Assembly: GCA_964621305.1 (NCBI GenBank)
Contig: CAZUOM010000004.1
Coordinates: 14,209 to 78,208 of the forward strand
Origin: an uncultured Gammaproteobacteria bacterium
GTDB taxonomy: Bacteria > Patescibacteriota > Microgenomatia > UBA10105 > UBA927
Direction of reading: 5' to 3'
Length of the DNA: 64,000 bases
In this document: positions 28,200 through 37,360 of the stretch, piece after piece
Layout: each line of letters starts with the position of its first letter
Position numbering within the stretch: position 1 is the stretch's first letter
Notes under the pieces: model-generated
Database searches by the model: none
What the model was told of the DNA's origin: nothing
The model's input: the letters and a program-made list of their open reading frames with translations, nothing else
Translations under genes and position numbers: made by a program

Positions 28200-29666
28200 A
28201 TGGCGACCATTGATGCACTCAAAAAAGTACGGCTGGGAAAGTTGAAAGCTCTCAAGAAATTGGGCGTTGATCCGTACCCGGCGGTCGTTGAGCGAAAAGA
28301 GTCCATTCGATCGGTTCGAGATATGCAGAAAGGCGACGTTGCGGTTGCAGGCCGCATCATGGGATTGCGCGCACATGGCAAGATTGTTTTTGTAGACCTC
28401 CGAGATGAGACAGAAAGGATTCAAGTGGTGCTCAAAGCTGACGGACTTATTCCCGAAGCTCTGGCACTCCTTGACTACTTAGACATTGGTGATTTTTTGG
28501 CGGCCCGAGGGACGGTTGGGAAAACACAATCGGGAGAGCTCTCTGTTTTTGCAAGCAACATACAATTGCTTTCTAAAGCTATCCGGCCGCTGCCGGATGC
28601 CTGGTACGGCCTCAAAGATGTCGAAGAGCGGTATCGCAAGCGCTATCTAGATATCCTCCTGAACCCCGAAGTTAAAAAAAGGCTTGAAACTCGTAGTCGA
28701 GTGATTGATGCCATACGAGATTTCCTTACCAATCGCGAATTTTTGGAAGTGGAGACCCCTACCTTGCAACCGATATACGGAGGTGGTCTGGCTCGGCCGT
28801 TTGTGACCCACCATAATGTACTCGATACTGATTTTTACCTGCGGATTTCCGACGAGATGTATCTCAAGCGGCTCATTGTCGCCGGATTTGAGAAAGTCTT
28901 TGAGATAACCAAGGTTTTTCGCAACGAAGGGGTCGATCGCAATCACAATCCGGAATTTACCATGTTTGAAGCACAGATTGCCTATCAGGATTACTTCTAT
29001 GGCATGGATATTACTGAGGAGCTTATCGAGTATGTTGCGCGCCAAGTTCTAGGATCAACCAAATTTACCTATCAGGGTTTGGAAATGGATGTTAGACGAC
29101 CTTGGCCACGACACCGTCTCGTTGAGGCGGTTCATAAATTTACTGGAGTTGATCCACTTGTATGGAAGAGGGTCGGTGAAGCAAAAGAAGCGATTCAGGC
29201 GATGGAGGGGATACCAGAGGCGAAACTAGGGCTACTTGCAAAACTGCAATCCTTAGGCGAATCCATGGTCTTTGCCTTTGATGAAGCAGTACAACCAAAG
29301 ATTGTTGCCCCAACCATCGTCTACGATTATCCGATCGAGGTTTCGCCACTTGCAAAGAAATGTGAAGATCCCCGCTTCGCCCAACGATTCGAGGTATTTG
29401 CCGCAGGAAGTGAGCTGGGAAATAACTATACCGAGCTTAATGACCCGCAAGATCTTAAAACGCGCTTTGCAGAGGAGAAAAAACGGGCCCAAGCTGGTGT
29501 TGTTGAGGCTCACCAAACAGACTCTGACTACCTGGAGGCCATCGAACACGGTTTCCCGCCCACCTGCGGCCTGGGGATAGGTATTGATCGATTAGTGATG
29601 CTTCTTTCTGATGCCAAATCCATAAAAGAGGTGATTCCGTTTCCCCTGATGAAAAAAGAAAAATGA
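28200..29666 (+). CDS. lysS: Lysine--tRNA ligase (class II)
   Basis: OB fold (AGRIM..R.HGK), RYRKRYLD, GG..ARPF.THHN, FRNEG...HNPEF, GIGIDRLVM. Confidence 0.96.
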   Translation: MATIDALKKVRLGKLKALKKLGVDPYPAVVERKESIRSVRDMQKGDVAVAGRIMGLRAHGKIVFVDLRDETERIQVVLKADGLIPEALALLDYLDIGDFLAARGTVGKTQSGELSVFASNIQLLSKAIRPLPDAWYGLKDVEERYRKRYLDILLNPEVKKRLETRSRVIDAIRDFLTNREFLEVETPTLQPIYGGGLARPFVTHHNVLDTDFYLRISDEMYLKRLIVAGFEKVFEITKVFRNEGVDRNHNPEFTMFEAQIAYQDYFYGMDITEELIEYVARQVLGSTKFTYQGLEMDVRRPWPRHRLVEAVHKFTGVDPLVWKRVGEAKEAIQAMEGIPEAKLGLLAKLQSLGESMVFAFDEAVQPKIVAPTIVYDYPIEVSPLAKKCEDPRFAQRFEVFAAGSELGNNYTELNDPQDLKTRFAEEKKRAQAGVVEAHQTDSDYLEAIEHGFPPTCGLGIGIDRLVMLLSDAKSIKEVIPFPLMKKEK

Positions 29667-30229
29667 TCACCAAACAACAGGCTATAGATCTCCTGCATTT
29701 CCACACGCAAAACCAAAACCTTCGGCGGCATATGTATGCGGTTGCGGCGGTGATGGGTGCGCTGGCAGGCAAGCTTGGCGGGGATCCGGAAACCTGGGAA
29801 GTTTTAGGACTTTTACACGACGCAGACTGGGAAGAAACTAAGGACACGCCGAACGAGCATACGAAAAGAACGCTGAGCTGGCTTGCTGAGCTGGGAGAAA
29901 CAGATGGGCCAATTGTCCACGCGCTCATGTCCCACAACCGCAAATACACCGGCCTTGCAGAACTTGACGGCGTTATGGAGTGGGCGCTTGAGACGTGCGA
30001 TGAATTGACTGGCTTTATTATTGCAGTTGCCTTAGTGCGACCCGAAAGGAAACTTGAAACCGTGAGTGTCGAATCAATCTTAAAGAAATGGAAAACCAAA
30101 GAGTTTGCAAGAGCCGTCGATCGGTCACAAATAGAACAATGTGAAGTGAGACTGGGAATTACACTAGATGAATTTATTCAAATCACATTGACTGCAATGA
30201 AAAACATCCACAATGAGTTAGGCCTGTGA
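29663..30229 (+). CDS. HD-domain protein
   Basis: H...V..VM, GLLHDADWE, DELTGFI, K.FA..V.R. Confidence 0.9.
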   Translation: MITKQQAIDLLHFHTQNQNLRRHMYAVAAVMGALAGKLGGDPETWEVLGLLHDADWEETKDTPNEHTKRTLSWLAELGETDGPIVHALMSHNRKYTGLAELDGVMEWALETCDELTGFIIAVALVRPERKLETVSVESILKKWKTKEFARAVDRSQIEQCEVRLGITLDEFIQITLTAMKNIHNELGL

Positions 30230-30858
30230 AACAACTTCTTATTGCCACTACCAATCCAGGCAAGTTTGCTGAAATATCAATGTTTTTATCTGATTTACGA
30301 ATCAGACTTATTGGACTTAAGGATGCGGGCATTGGCGAGCGAGTCCAGGAAACAGGCAAAACGTTCGAGGAAAACGCGATTCTTAAGGTCAAGTTTTACG
30401 CCAAAAAGTCCGGGTTGCCTACGATTGCTGATGATGGGGGATTTGAAATAGACGCGTTAGGAGGTGAGCCGGGGGTGAAGTCGCACCGATGGGTGCACGG
30501 CGATCGTGAAGATACTGATGAGGATCTTATTGCCAATACGATCACACGGCTTCAAGGCGTTCCGCTTCCGGAGAGGGGAGCGCAGCTTCGGGCAGTCATC
30601 GCTTTTGGATCTCCCGACGGCACGGCTTATACAGCAGAAGGAGTCATACGTGGAGTGATTCCACTGCAGCCCTCTCCGACGCGAACGCCAGGCTTTCCCT
30701 TTCGTTCACTCCTTTACATTCCAGAGCTTGGAAAGTTCTATAACTTCGACGTATTGAGTCCAGAGGAGAACGAAGCGTATAATCATAGGAAGAAAGCCCT
30801 TGACCTGCTCAAACCGATGATTCAAAAATTGCTGCTTGACAAGTTGTCAAGTATATAG
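30226..30858 (+). CDS. Non-canonical purine NTP pyrophosphatase (RdgB/HAM1 family)
   Basis: ATTNPGK..E, ETGKTFEENA..K, ADDGG...DALGGEPG, HR.KAL. Confidence 0.92.
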   Translation: MKQLLIATTNPGKFAEISMFLSDLRIRLIGLKDAGIGERVQETGKTFEENAILKVKFYAKKSGLPTIADDGGFEIDALGGEPGVKSHRWVHGDREDTDEDLIANTITRLQGVPLPERGAQLRAVIAFGSPDGTAYTAEGVIRGVIPLQPSPTRTPGFPFRSLLYIPELGKFYNFDVLSPEENEAYNHRKKALDLLKPMIQKLLLDKLSSI

Positions 30859-30873
30859 TATCGTAGTTGCACG

Positions 30874-31113
30874 ATGTATCAATTACCTGTTGGACAATTC
30901 AAATCCAATTTTTCCGAAATTTTAGAAATTGTTCTCAGGGGAGGGAGCGTGGGGATTACGTATGGTAAAAGCAAAAGAAAAGTAGCAGCGCTGGTGCCTT
31001 ATAATAAACATACGTCAGGCCAAAAAATTAAATTAGGTATCCTTAAAGGTAAGGCCTCATATAAAATAAAAGAAGGGTTTAAGATGACTGAAGAGCAATT
31101 TCTTGGTCTATGA
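30874..31113 (+). CDS. Phd/YefM-type antitoxin
   Basis: VGQFKSNFSEIL..V..G..V.IT, VAALVP, LG.LKG; ATGA overlap with PIN gene. Confidence 0.85.
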   Translation: MYQLPVGQFKSNFSEILEIVLRGGSVGITYGKSKRKVAALVPYNKHTSGQKIKLGILKGKASYKIKEGFKMTEEQFLGL

Positions 31114-31508
31114 GTTATCTCGTTGATACCCAAATTTTCCTGTGGTCGCTAATGTCACCAAAAAAAATTTCTCAGAAAATAAGTAAAATCCTCAATGACC
31201 CTGAACCCGCAAAGCATATTAGTATTTTTTCCTTTTGGGAAATTTCTTTGAAGTTTTCGCTTGGCAAAATTGATCTAATCGGCGTTTTACCTGATGAATT
31301 ACCCGATATTGCTAAAAAGGCCAATTTCGATGTTTTAGACGTAGACGTAAAAACGGTTTCCTCTTACCACAAACTACCTTACGGAAGAAATAAAGATCCA
31401 TTTGATCGTATGTTGGCTTGGCAGGCAATACGTAACGATTATTATTTACTGACAAAAGATCCGGATTTTGCCGATTATAAAGCCCAGGGATTGAAGATAA
31501 TTTGGTAA
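31110..31508 (+). CDS. vapC: VapC/PIN-domain toxin
   Basis: YLVDTQIFLW, SFWEI..K..LGK, KDPFDRML..QA, LLTKD. Confidence 0.9.
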   Translation: MSYLVDTQIFLWSLMSPKKISQKISKILNDPEPAKHISIFSFWEISLKFSLGKIDLIGVLPDELPDIAKKANFDVLDVDVKTVSSYHKLPYGRNKDPFDRMLAWQAIRNDYYLLTKDPDFADYKAQGLKIIW

Positions 31509-31559
31509 CTTGATTTTATTAATCTTGCAGGGTAAGCGCTTTAGACGTATTCTTAAGCT

Positions 31560-32795
31560 ATGCTTGATATTAAATTTATTCGCGAAAATTTAGAGCTTTG
31601 TAAGAAGGCAGCCCTGAACAAAAATCGGGAAGTGGATTGGGAGGGATTGCTTGCGGCAGATGAAAAACGGAGAGAACTTATCGGAAAAGTTGAGTTGTTG
31701 CGCGCAAGGAGAAACGATTCAAGCGTTGAGAATCGAGAAAGAGGAAAAAAAGTTAAAGTAGAACTTAGGAAGTTTGAAGAAGAGTTGCGAGACATAGAAG
31801 AGAAATTTGAGGTACAGATGCTTACAGTGCCCAATGTGCCGGATGAAAGCGTACCGGTAGGAAAAGACGCAAGCGGGAATAAAGAAATAAAGAAGTGGGG
31901 AGGGCCCACAAAGTTTGACTTTGAATCGAAAGATCACATAGCGCTTGCCAAATCTCTTGATCTTATCGACTTTGAGCGTGGAGTAAAGGTGGGAGGCTTC
32001 CGGGCGTATTTTCTCAAAAACGAAGCGGCCCAGATGGAGCTGGCCCTCATGTGGTATACGCTCAGTAAACTTGTTGCCAAAGGCCACACTCCGCTTATTG
32101 CTCCATCTCTGGTTAAGGATTTTACGCTCGTTGGTAATGGTCAGTTTCCTTGGGGCAGGGAAGAAGTCTATCATCTTGAAAAAGACGATCTGTATTTGGC
32201 AGGTACTGCAGAAGTCCCGGTGACGGCATATTTTGCCGATGAGTTGCTCAATGAAAAAGATTTACCAAAAAAGTTTGTTGCGTTTTCGCCGTGTTTCCGG
32301 CGAGAAGCAGGGAGCTACGGAAAAGATACCAAAGGGGTCTATCGGTTACACCAATTTAATAAAATTGAGCAAGTTGTTATTTCGACCAATGATATGAACA
32401 GTTCTTTTACTCTTCATGAGGAACTCTTAGCCAACGCAGAAGAAATTTTGCAGGACCTTGAACTTCCATACCGCGTGATGCTCATGTGCACCGGAGACAT
32501 GGGCGAGCCCCAGGTGAAAAAATATGACATAGAGACTTGGATGCCCGGCCGTAAAGCCTATGGAGAGACCATGTCCAATTCAGTCATGGGTGATTTTCAG
32601 GCGAGGAGACTCAAAATACGCTACCGGGCCAAAGACGGCACGACAAAGTTCTGCCATACGCTAAACAACACCGCCCTTGCCTCGCCGCGCATCCTGATTG
32701 CCATTTTAGAAAATTATCAGCAGGCAGATGGGTCGGTAAAGGTTCCGAAAGTACTTCAAAGCTTCCTTGGTAAAGAAGTCATCCGCCGAACATGA
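31560..32795 (+). CDS. serS: Serine--tRNA ligase
   Basis: MLDIKFIREN, GTAEVP, CFRREAGSYG, R.HQFNK.E, FQARRL.IR, HTLN. Confidence 0.97.
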   Translation: MLDIKFIRENLELCKKAALNKNREVDWEGLLAADEKRRELIGKVELLRARRNDSSVENRERGKKVKVELRKFEEELRDIEEKFEVQMLTVPNVPDESVPVGKDASGNKEIKKWGGPTKFDFESKDHIALAKSLDLIDFERGVKVGGFRAYFLKNEAAQMELALMWYTLSKLVAKGHTPLIAPSLVKDFTLVGNGQFPWGREEVYHLEKDDLYLAGTAEVPVTAYFADELLNEKDLPKKFVAFSPCFRREAGSYGKDTKGVYRLHQFNKIEQVVISTNDMNSSFTLHEELLANAEEILQDLELPYRVMLMCTGDMGEPQVKKYDIETWMPGRKAYGETMSNSVMGDFQARRLKIRYRAKDGTTKFCHTLNNTALASPRILIAILENYQQADGSVKVPKVLQSFLGKEVIRRT

Positions 32796-33463
32796 CTTGG
32801 CTCTCCTATATATTTACTCAAACGATACTGCAAACTTCCTCAAAATATAACCGCGAGATTCGGGTAAATGAGGAGCGCGGCAAGCTCAAGCTCTTGGTTA
32901 ATGGCTCCCGGCAGTCCGGTGAGTATATCGAGAAGCTCTGGAAAGAGGCATTTAAAGCATTTGGATTGCCTCAGAGCCATTTGCAAGGGGACCCCTTGCA
33001 AATTCTTGTTTTGGGTGTTGGGGGCGGGACGGTTATTCAAATGCTTAATGCCTATTATCCCAACGCTTCGATTATTGCTGTTGACATTGACCAGACCATG
33101 ATAGACATAGGGAAGAAATATTTTGGTCTGGACAGGCTTCCTAACATTTCCTTTGTCTGCCAGGATGCGGAACAATTTGTCCAGAAAAAGACGAAACGAC
33201 CATATGACCTGGTGATTGTTGATTTGTTTATCGGCACTCACGTGCCCGAAGTCGTAAGGGATGAAAACTTTTTGAAAAATATTAAAACAATGTTGATGCC
33301 TCGTGGAAGCGTGGTCATCAATTACTTACACGAGTTTGAGTACGTCAAGCAATCTGACGAATTAAAGGAGCTTCTCGAGCGTTTATTTCCTAGTGTCATA
33401 GAAAAGTTTAACTACAATAACCGGTTCTTTCTGTGCAATCCCACCCGGTATGCATTAAGTTAA
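32792..33463 (+). CDS. SAM-dependent methyltransferase (spermidine synthase-like fold)
   Basis: LVLGVGGG, VDID, DA..FV, YDLVIVDLF. Confidence 0.85.
   Translation: MTWLSYIFTQTILQTSSKYNREIRVNEERGKLKLLVNGSRQSGEYIEKLWKEAFKAFGLPQSHLQGDPLQILVLGVGGGTVIQMLNAYYPNASIIAVDIDQTMIDIGKKYFGLDRLPNISFVCQDAEQFVQKKTKRPYDLVIVDLFIGTHVPEVVRDENFLKNIKTMLMPRGSVVINYLHEFEYVKQSDELKELLERLFPSVIEKFNYNNRFFLCNPTRYALS
32979..33003. repeat. Perfect 12-bp-arm palindrome inside CDS
   Basis: atttgcaagggg-a-ccccttgcaaat. Confidence 0.75.
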
Positions 33464-33464
33464 G

Positions 33465-33512
33465 CCTAGGAGTAAGAAGCGGCCGCTTTTCACTACTAGG
33501 TTGGTTTTTTTT
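33465..33512 (+). terminator. Probable terminator before secA promoter
   Basis: cctag..aagcggccgctt..ctagg hairpin followed by T run. Confidence 0.5.
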
Positions 33513-33563
33513 GCTTCTGGTTGCGTAGTTTAGGTACGAAGCTTCTGGTGATACAATAAGGGC

Positions 33564-36236
33564 ATGTTTAAGTTCCTCGGAAAACTACTTGATAGTAACG
33601 AAAAAGAAATAAGTAAGCTGCGAGCGATTGTTGATCGTGTAAATAGTCTTGAGATAGAGATTAAAAAACTCAAAGACGCTGATTTTCCCAAAAAAACTGC
33701 AGAATTGCGAGAGCGCTTGAGTCGTGGAGAAATGCTTGACGGGATTTTGCCCGAAGCCTATGCGCTCGTTCGAGAAGCTGCTCACCGGACGATCGGGCAG
33801 AGGCCATTTGACGTTCAGATAATGGCCGCCAGTGCCCTTCACCAGGGAAAAGTTGCCGAGCAAAAAACAGGGGAGGGGAAAACGCTTTCAGCTACCCCAG
33901 CACTTTACCTCAACGCTCTTACAGGCCGCGGCGCACACCTTGTAACCGTTAACGATTATCTGGCCCGGCGTGACGCGGGTTGGATGGGGCCTATTTATTG
34001 TCTATTGGGGATGAAAGTCGCAGCAATCATAAGCGAGCAATCTTTTTTGTACGATCCTACCACCGACGACACAACGGCCACTGATTGGCGCCTTAAACAT
34101 CTTCGGCCAGTCAGCCGCAAAGAGGCCTATCAAGCAGACATTACCTACGGAATCAACAGCGAATTTGGATTTGATTACCTACGCGACAACATGACAACTG
34201 ATATGAACCAGCTCGTCCAGCGCGAGTATCACTTTGCAGTCATTGATGAAGTTGACTCGATTCTAATTGACGAGGCGCGTACGCCGCACATCATATCTGC
34301 CCCGGCAGCGGAAGCCACACACAAGTATTACGACTACGCCAAATTAGTTGATAGGCTGACGTCGGAGATCGATTATAAAATTGATGAAAAGTTGCGTACC
34401 GCACACCTGACAGACCACGGTATTGTCAAAGTAGAAAAGATGATGGGGTTGGGCAATATATACGAGACAGACTTCGAAACAGTTCACCATATCGAGGCGG
34501 CACTTAAAGCGAGGACCTTATTTCAAAGAGATAAAGATTATGTTGTCAAAGACGGACAAGTGATTATTGTTGATGAGTTTACTGGCCGGCTTCTGGTGGG
34601 CCGACGATTTAGCGAAGGGATTCACCAGGCAATAGAGGCCAAAGAAGGCGTAACTATTCAACAGGAGAGTAGAACCTTGGCAACCGTATCTCTTCAAAAT
34701 TATTTTCGCATGTACGAAAAACTGGCCGGCATGACAGGAACTGCAGCGACTGAGGCAGAGGAGTTTAAGAAAATTTATAACGTTGATGTGGTTGTCATTC
34801 CAACACATCGGCCGATGATCCGCCGGGATTTTGCCGACAGCGTCTATAAAACGCCGAGAGCCAAGTATGCTGCCATCGTCAATGACATAATTGAAGCCTA
34901 CAAAAGGGGACAACCTGTGCTTGTTGGCACCACTTCTATAGAAAAAAATGAGATTATCAGCGAATTTCTCAAGCGCAAGGGTATCCCACACAACGTATTA
35001 AACGCTAAAAATCACCTGCGAGAGGCTATGATCATCGCCGAAGCAGGCAAAAAAAGCGCCGTGACTGTCGCAACCAACATGGCCGGTCGGGGAGTGGACA
35101 TCATTCTTGGAGGATCGAGGAAAGAGAAATGGGAGGTGGGGGATGATAGAGAATGGAAGATGGAAGATGGCAGATGGAGAGAGCGGCACGATGAGGTTGT
35201 AAGTGTTGGTGGACTTCATGTGATAGGCAGTGAACGACATGAGAGCAGGCGCATTGATAATCAGCTCAGAGGCCGAAGTGGCCGTCAGGGCGATCCGGGG
35301 ACGAGCAGGTTTTATGTGTCTTTGGAGGATGACATTATGCGTCTGTTTGGAGGCGAACAGGTAGCAAAGCTTATGGATATCTTTAAGCTGCCTGAAGACG
35401 TGCCGTTGGAGCACGGAATGGTTTCTAGGGCTATCGAGCAGGCGCAGACCAAAGTCGAGGGCTTCCATTTTGATAGCCGCAAACACCTGGTGGAATACGA
35501 CGACGTTCTCAATAAACAGCGGGAAATTATTTACCGTCGCCGGAGAAAAATTTTGGAGGGCGAGTCGCAAAAAGAAGCCATTATTGAAAAAATTACTACA
35601 GAAATAAGGAAAGTCGTTTCGATTTATTCAGATGAAAGAGGAACAATCGAACGGGAGAAAATTGTCTCCGAATTTATCGCAATAATTCCGTTTGACCTGG
35701 CGTCGCAAGGCCAGTTTTTGAAACAACTTGAACAGTTCCATACTACGGGCGAAACGATTGAATTCCTTATAAAACTCATAAGCGATATGTATGAAACGCG
35801 AGAGAAGGAGGTATCTAGCGAGATCATGCGTCAGATCGAGCACTGGGTGAGTTTGCAGGTGATGGATAATCTCTGGATGGATCACCTGGATGCCATCGAT
35901 GATCTCCGAGAAGGCATTGGCCTTCGTGGCTATGGCCAGCGCGATCCGCTCGTCGAGTACAAAAACGAAGCGTTCAATATGTTCGAGCGACTAATCGCCA
36001 CCATCGACAGCGAAATTGTGCACAGGCTTTTTAAAGTGCAGGTGCAGCTTGCACAACCTCCAACGAACAACCCACAACCGACAACAAAAGTACCAGAAAA
36101 ACCTGTGCAAACTAAAAATAATCAACCCGTTAACCAATTACCTGTAATTGCTAAGAAGCTTGGCCGCAACGATCCGTGCTGGTGTGGAAGCGGCAAGAAA
36201 TGGAAAAAATGTCATTATCCAAATCTTCCGAAATAA
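33564..36236 (+). CDS. secA: Preprotein translocase SecA
   Basis: KTGEGKT, DEVDSILIDEARTP, ATNMAGRG.DI, QLRGRSGRQGDPG, C-terminal GRNDPCWCGSGKKWKKCH. Confidence 0.98.
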   Translation: MFKFLGKLLDSNEKEISKLRAIVDRVNSLEIEIKKLKDADFPKKTAELRERLSRGEMLDGILPEAYALVREAAHRTIGQRPFDVQIMAASALHQGKVAEQKTGEGKTLSATPALYLNALTGRGAHLVTVNDYLARRDAGWMGPIYCLLGMKVAAIISEQSFLYDPTTDDTTATDWRLKHLRPVSRKEAYQADITYGINSEFGFDYLRDNMTTDMNQLVQREYHFAVIDEVDSILIDEARTPHIISAPAAEATHKYYDYAKLVDRLTSEIDYKIDEKLRTAHLTDHGIVKVEKMMGLGNIYETDFETVHHIEAALKARTLFQRDKDYVVKDGQVIIVDEFTGRLLVGRRFSEGIHQAIEAKEGVTIQQESRTLATVSLQNYFRMYEKLAGMTGTAATEAEEFKKIYNVDVVVIPTHRPMIRRDFADSVYKTPRAKYAAIVNDIIEAYKRGQPVLVGTTSIEKNEIISEFLKRKGIPHNVLNAKNHLREAMIIAEAGKKSAVTVATNMAGRGVDIILGGSRKEKWEVGDDREWKMEDGRWRERHDEVVSVGGLHVIGSERHESRRIDNQLRGRSGRQGDPGTSRFYVSLEDDIMRLFGGEQVAKLMDIFKLPEDVPLEHGMVSRAIEQAQTKVEGFHFDSRKHLVEYDDVLNKQREIIYRRRRKILEGESQKEAIIEKITTEIRKVVSIYSDERGTIEREKIVSEFIAIIPFDLASQGQFLKQLEQFHTTGETIEFLIKLISDMYETREKEVSSEIMRQIEHWVSLQVMDNLWMDHLDAIDDLREGIGLRGYGQRDPLVEYKNEAFNMFERLIATIDSEIVHRLFKVQVQLAQPPTNNPQPTTKVPEKPVQTKNNQPVNQLPVIAKKLGRNDPCWCGSGKKWKKCHYPNLPK

Positions 36237-36240
36237 AGGT

Positions 36241-36835
36241 ATGCAGTACACAATCTTAGGGAAAACCGGACTTAAAGTGTCAAGAATCGGTTTTGGAGGT
36301 TGGGGTATTGGTGGGGGTGCACCAGTCTTGCGGTGGTCTGATATGTGGAAGGCTAACGACAGTCTTTCTAAACAGGCATTGATTAAAGCATACGATCTCG
36401 GCGTAAATTTCTACGACACTGCTTTAGTATATGCAGATGGCCATAGCGAGAGACTGATCGCCAATACCTTAAAAGGTAAAAATATTATAGTCGCCACCAA
36501 AGTACCGCCAAAAGACTTTCATTAATATTTTTGATCAAGCCCCCAGAGATAAATTATTTCCACTTGCTCGTAAAAATAATATTGGAATTATTGCAAGAGT
36601 ACCGCTAGATGAAGGCTCACTTGGAGGGCTTTTTACTCCAAAGAGATCAATGGCTCAGATTGCGTTGAAGTATTGTTTGTTAGATGAGGGGGCAGATGTT
36701 GGTATTGTTGGAATGCGTAGCCCTAATCATGTCGCCGAGAACCTAGAAAGTATTAACGTTGAATTAAAACCGGAAGAAATAGATTATCTTAACAGTCAAA
36801 GATGGATCAGAAACTTTTATCCTGAAGATGTATAA
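36241..36835 (+). pseudogene. Aldo/keto reductase with internal deletions
   Basis: LGKTGLKVSRIGFG..DTALVY..ATKVP stops at 36525; a second frame from 36524 gives [15 protein letters not shown] then jumps to [17 protein letters not shown]. Confidence 0.85.
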
Positions 36836-36896
36836 TTCTAAAATTAAAAATGTAAAGCGTATGGTAGTATAATTGATAGGAGGGGAGGTGAGAGAT

Positions 36897-37007
36897 ATGT
36901 GTCAGATGTGCGGGTGCACGCCGTGTGCCAAATGCGGCAAGGAAATAAAAAACGGCAAGTGCGCGGGCTGCAATAAAAAATCCTCTGAGTGCAGCTGTAA
37001 GACGTAA
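36897..37007 (+). CDS. 36-aa Cys-rich, metallothionein-like peptide
   Basis: MCQMCGCTPCAKCGKEIKNGKCAGCNKKSSECSCKT (9 Cys); TATAAT at 36868 and strong GGAGGTG SD. Confidence 0.75.
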   Translation: MCQMCGCTPCAKCGKEIKNGKCAGCNKKSSECSCKT

Positions 37008-37360
37008 GTCGTAATTTTACTGATCTTTATTCCTTAACGCGGTTGTTACGAAGATTGATCTGTGGTAGTAGGTCATACCATGTTCTTAGATTGTCATCAG
37101 ATGGGCTCTTGTTCATAACCTTTATTTATTCTCCAGTTGTAAACGGGAGACTGTTTATGAAGTTGGTGCATCAGTTTGTCTCTATGAACTTTTGTGACAA
37201 TACCCGCTGCAATTACAGGATGAATTGTTGCATCGGCATCAACAATAGAACGAATTTGGAAAAAGATTACACTATTAAAAGCAAAAATGCATGTTGACAA
37301 AAAAGAAATAATCATGCAAAAAGGAGATACCATTATTATTCCTTTAAAACGGCTCACCTC

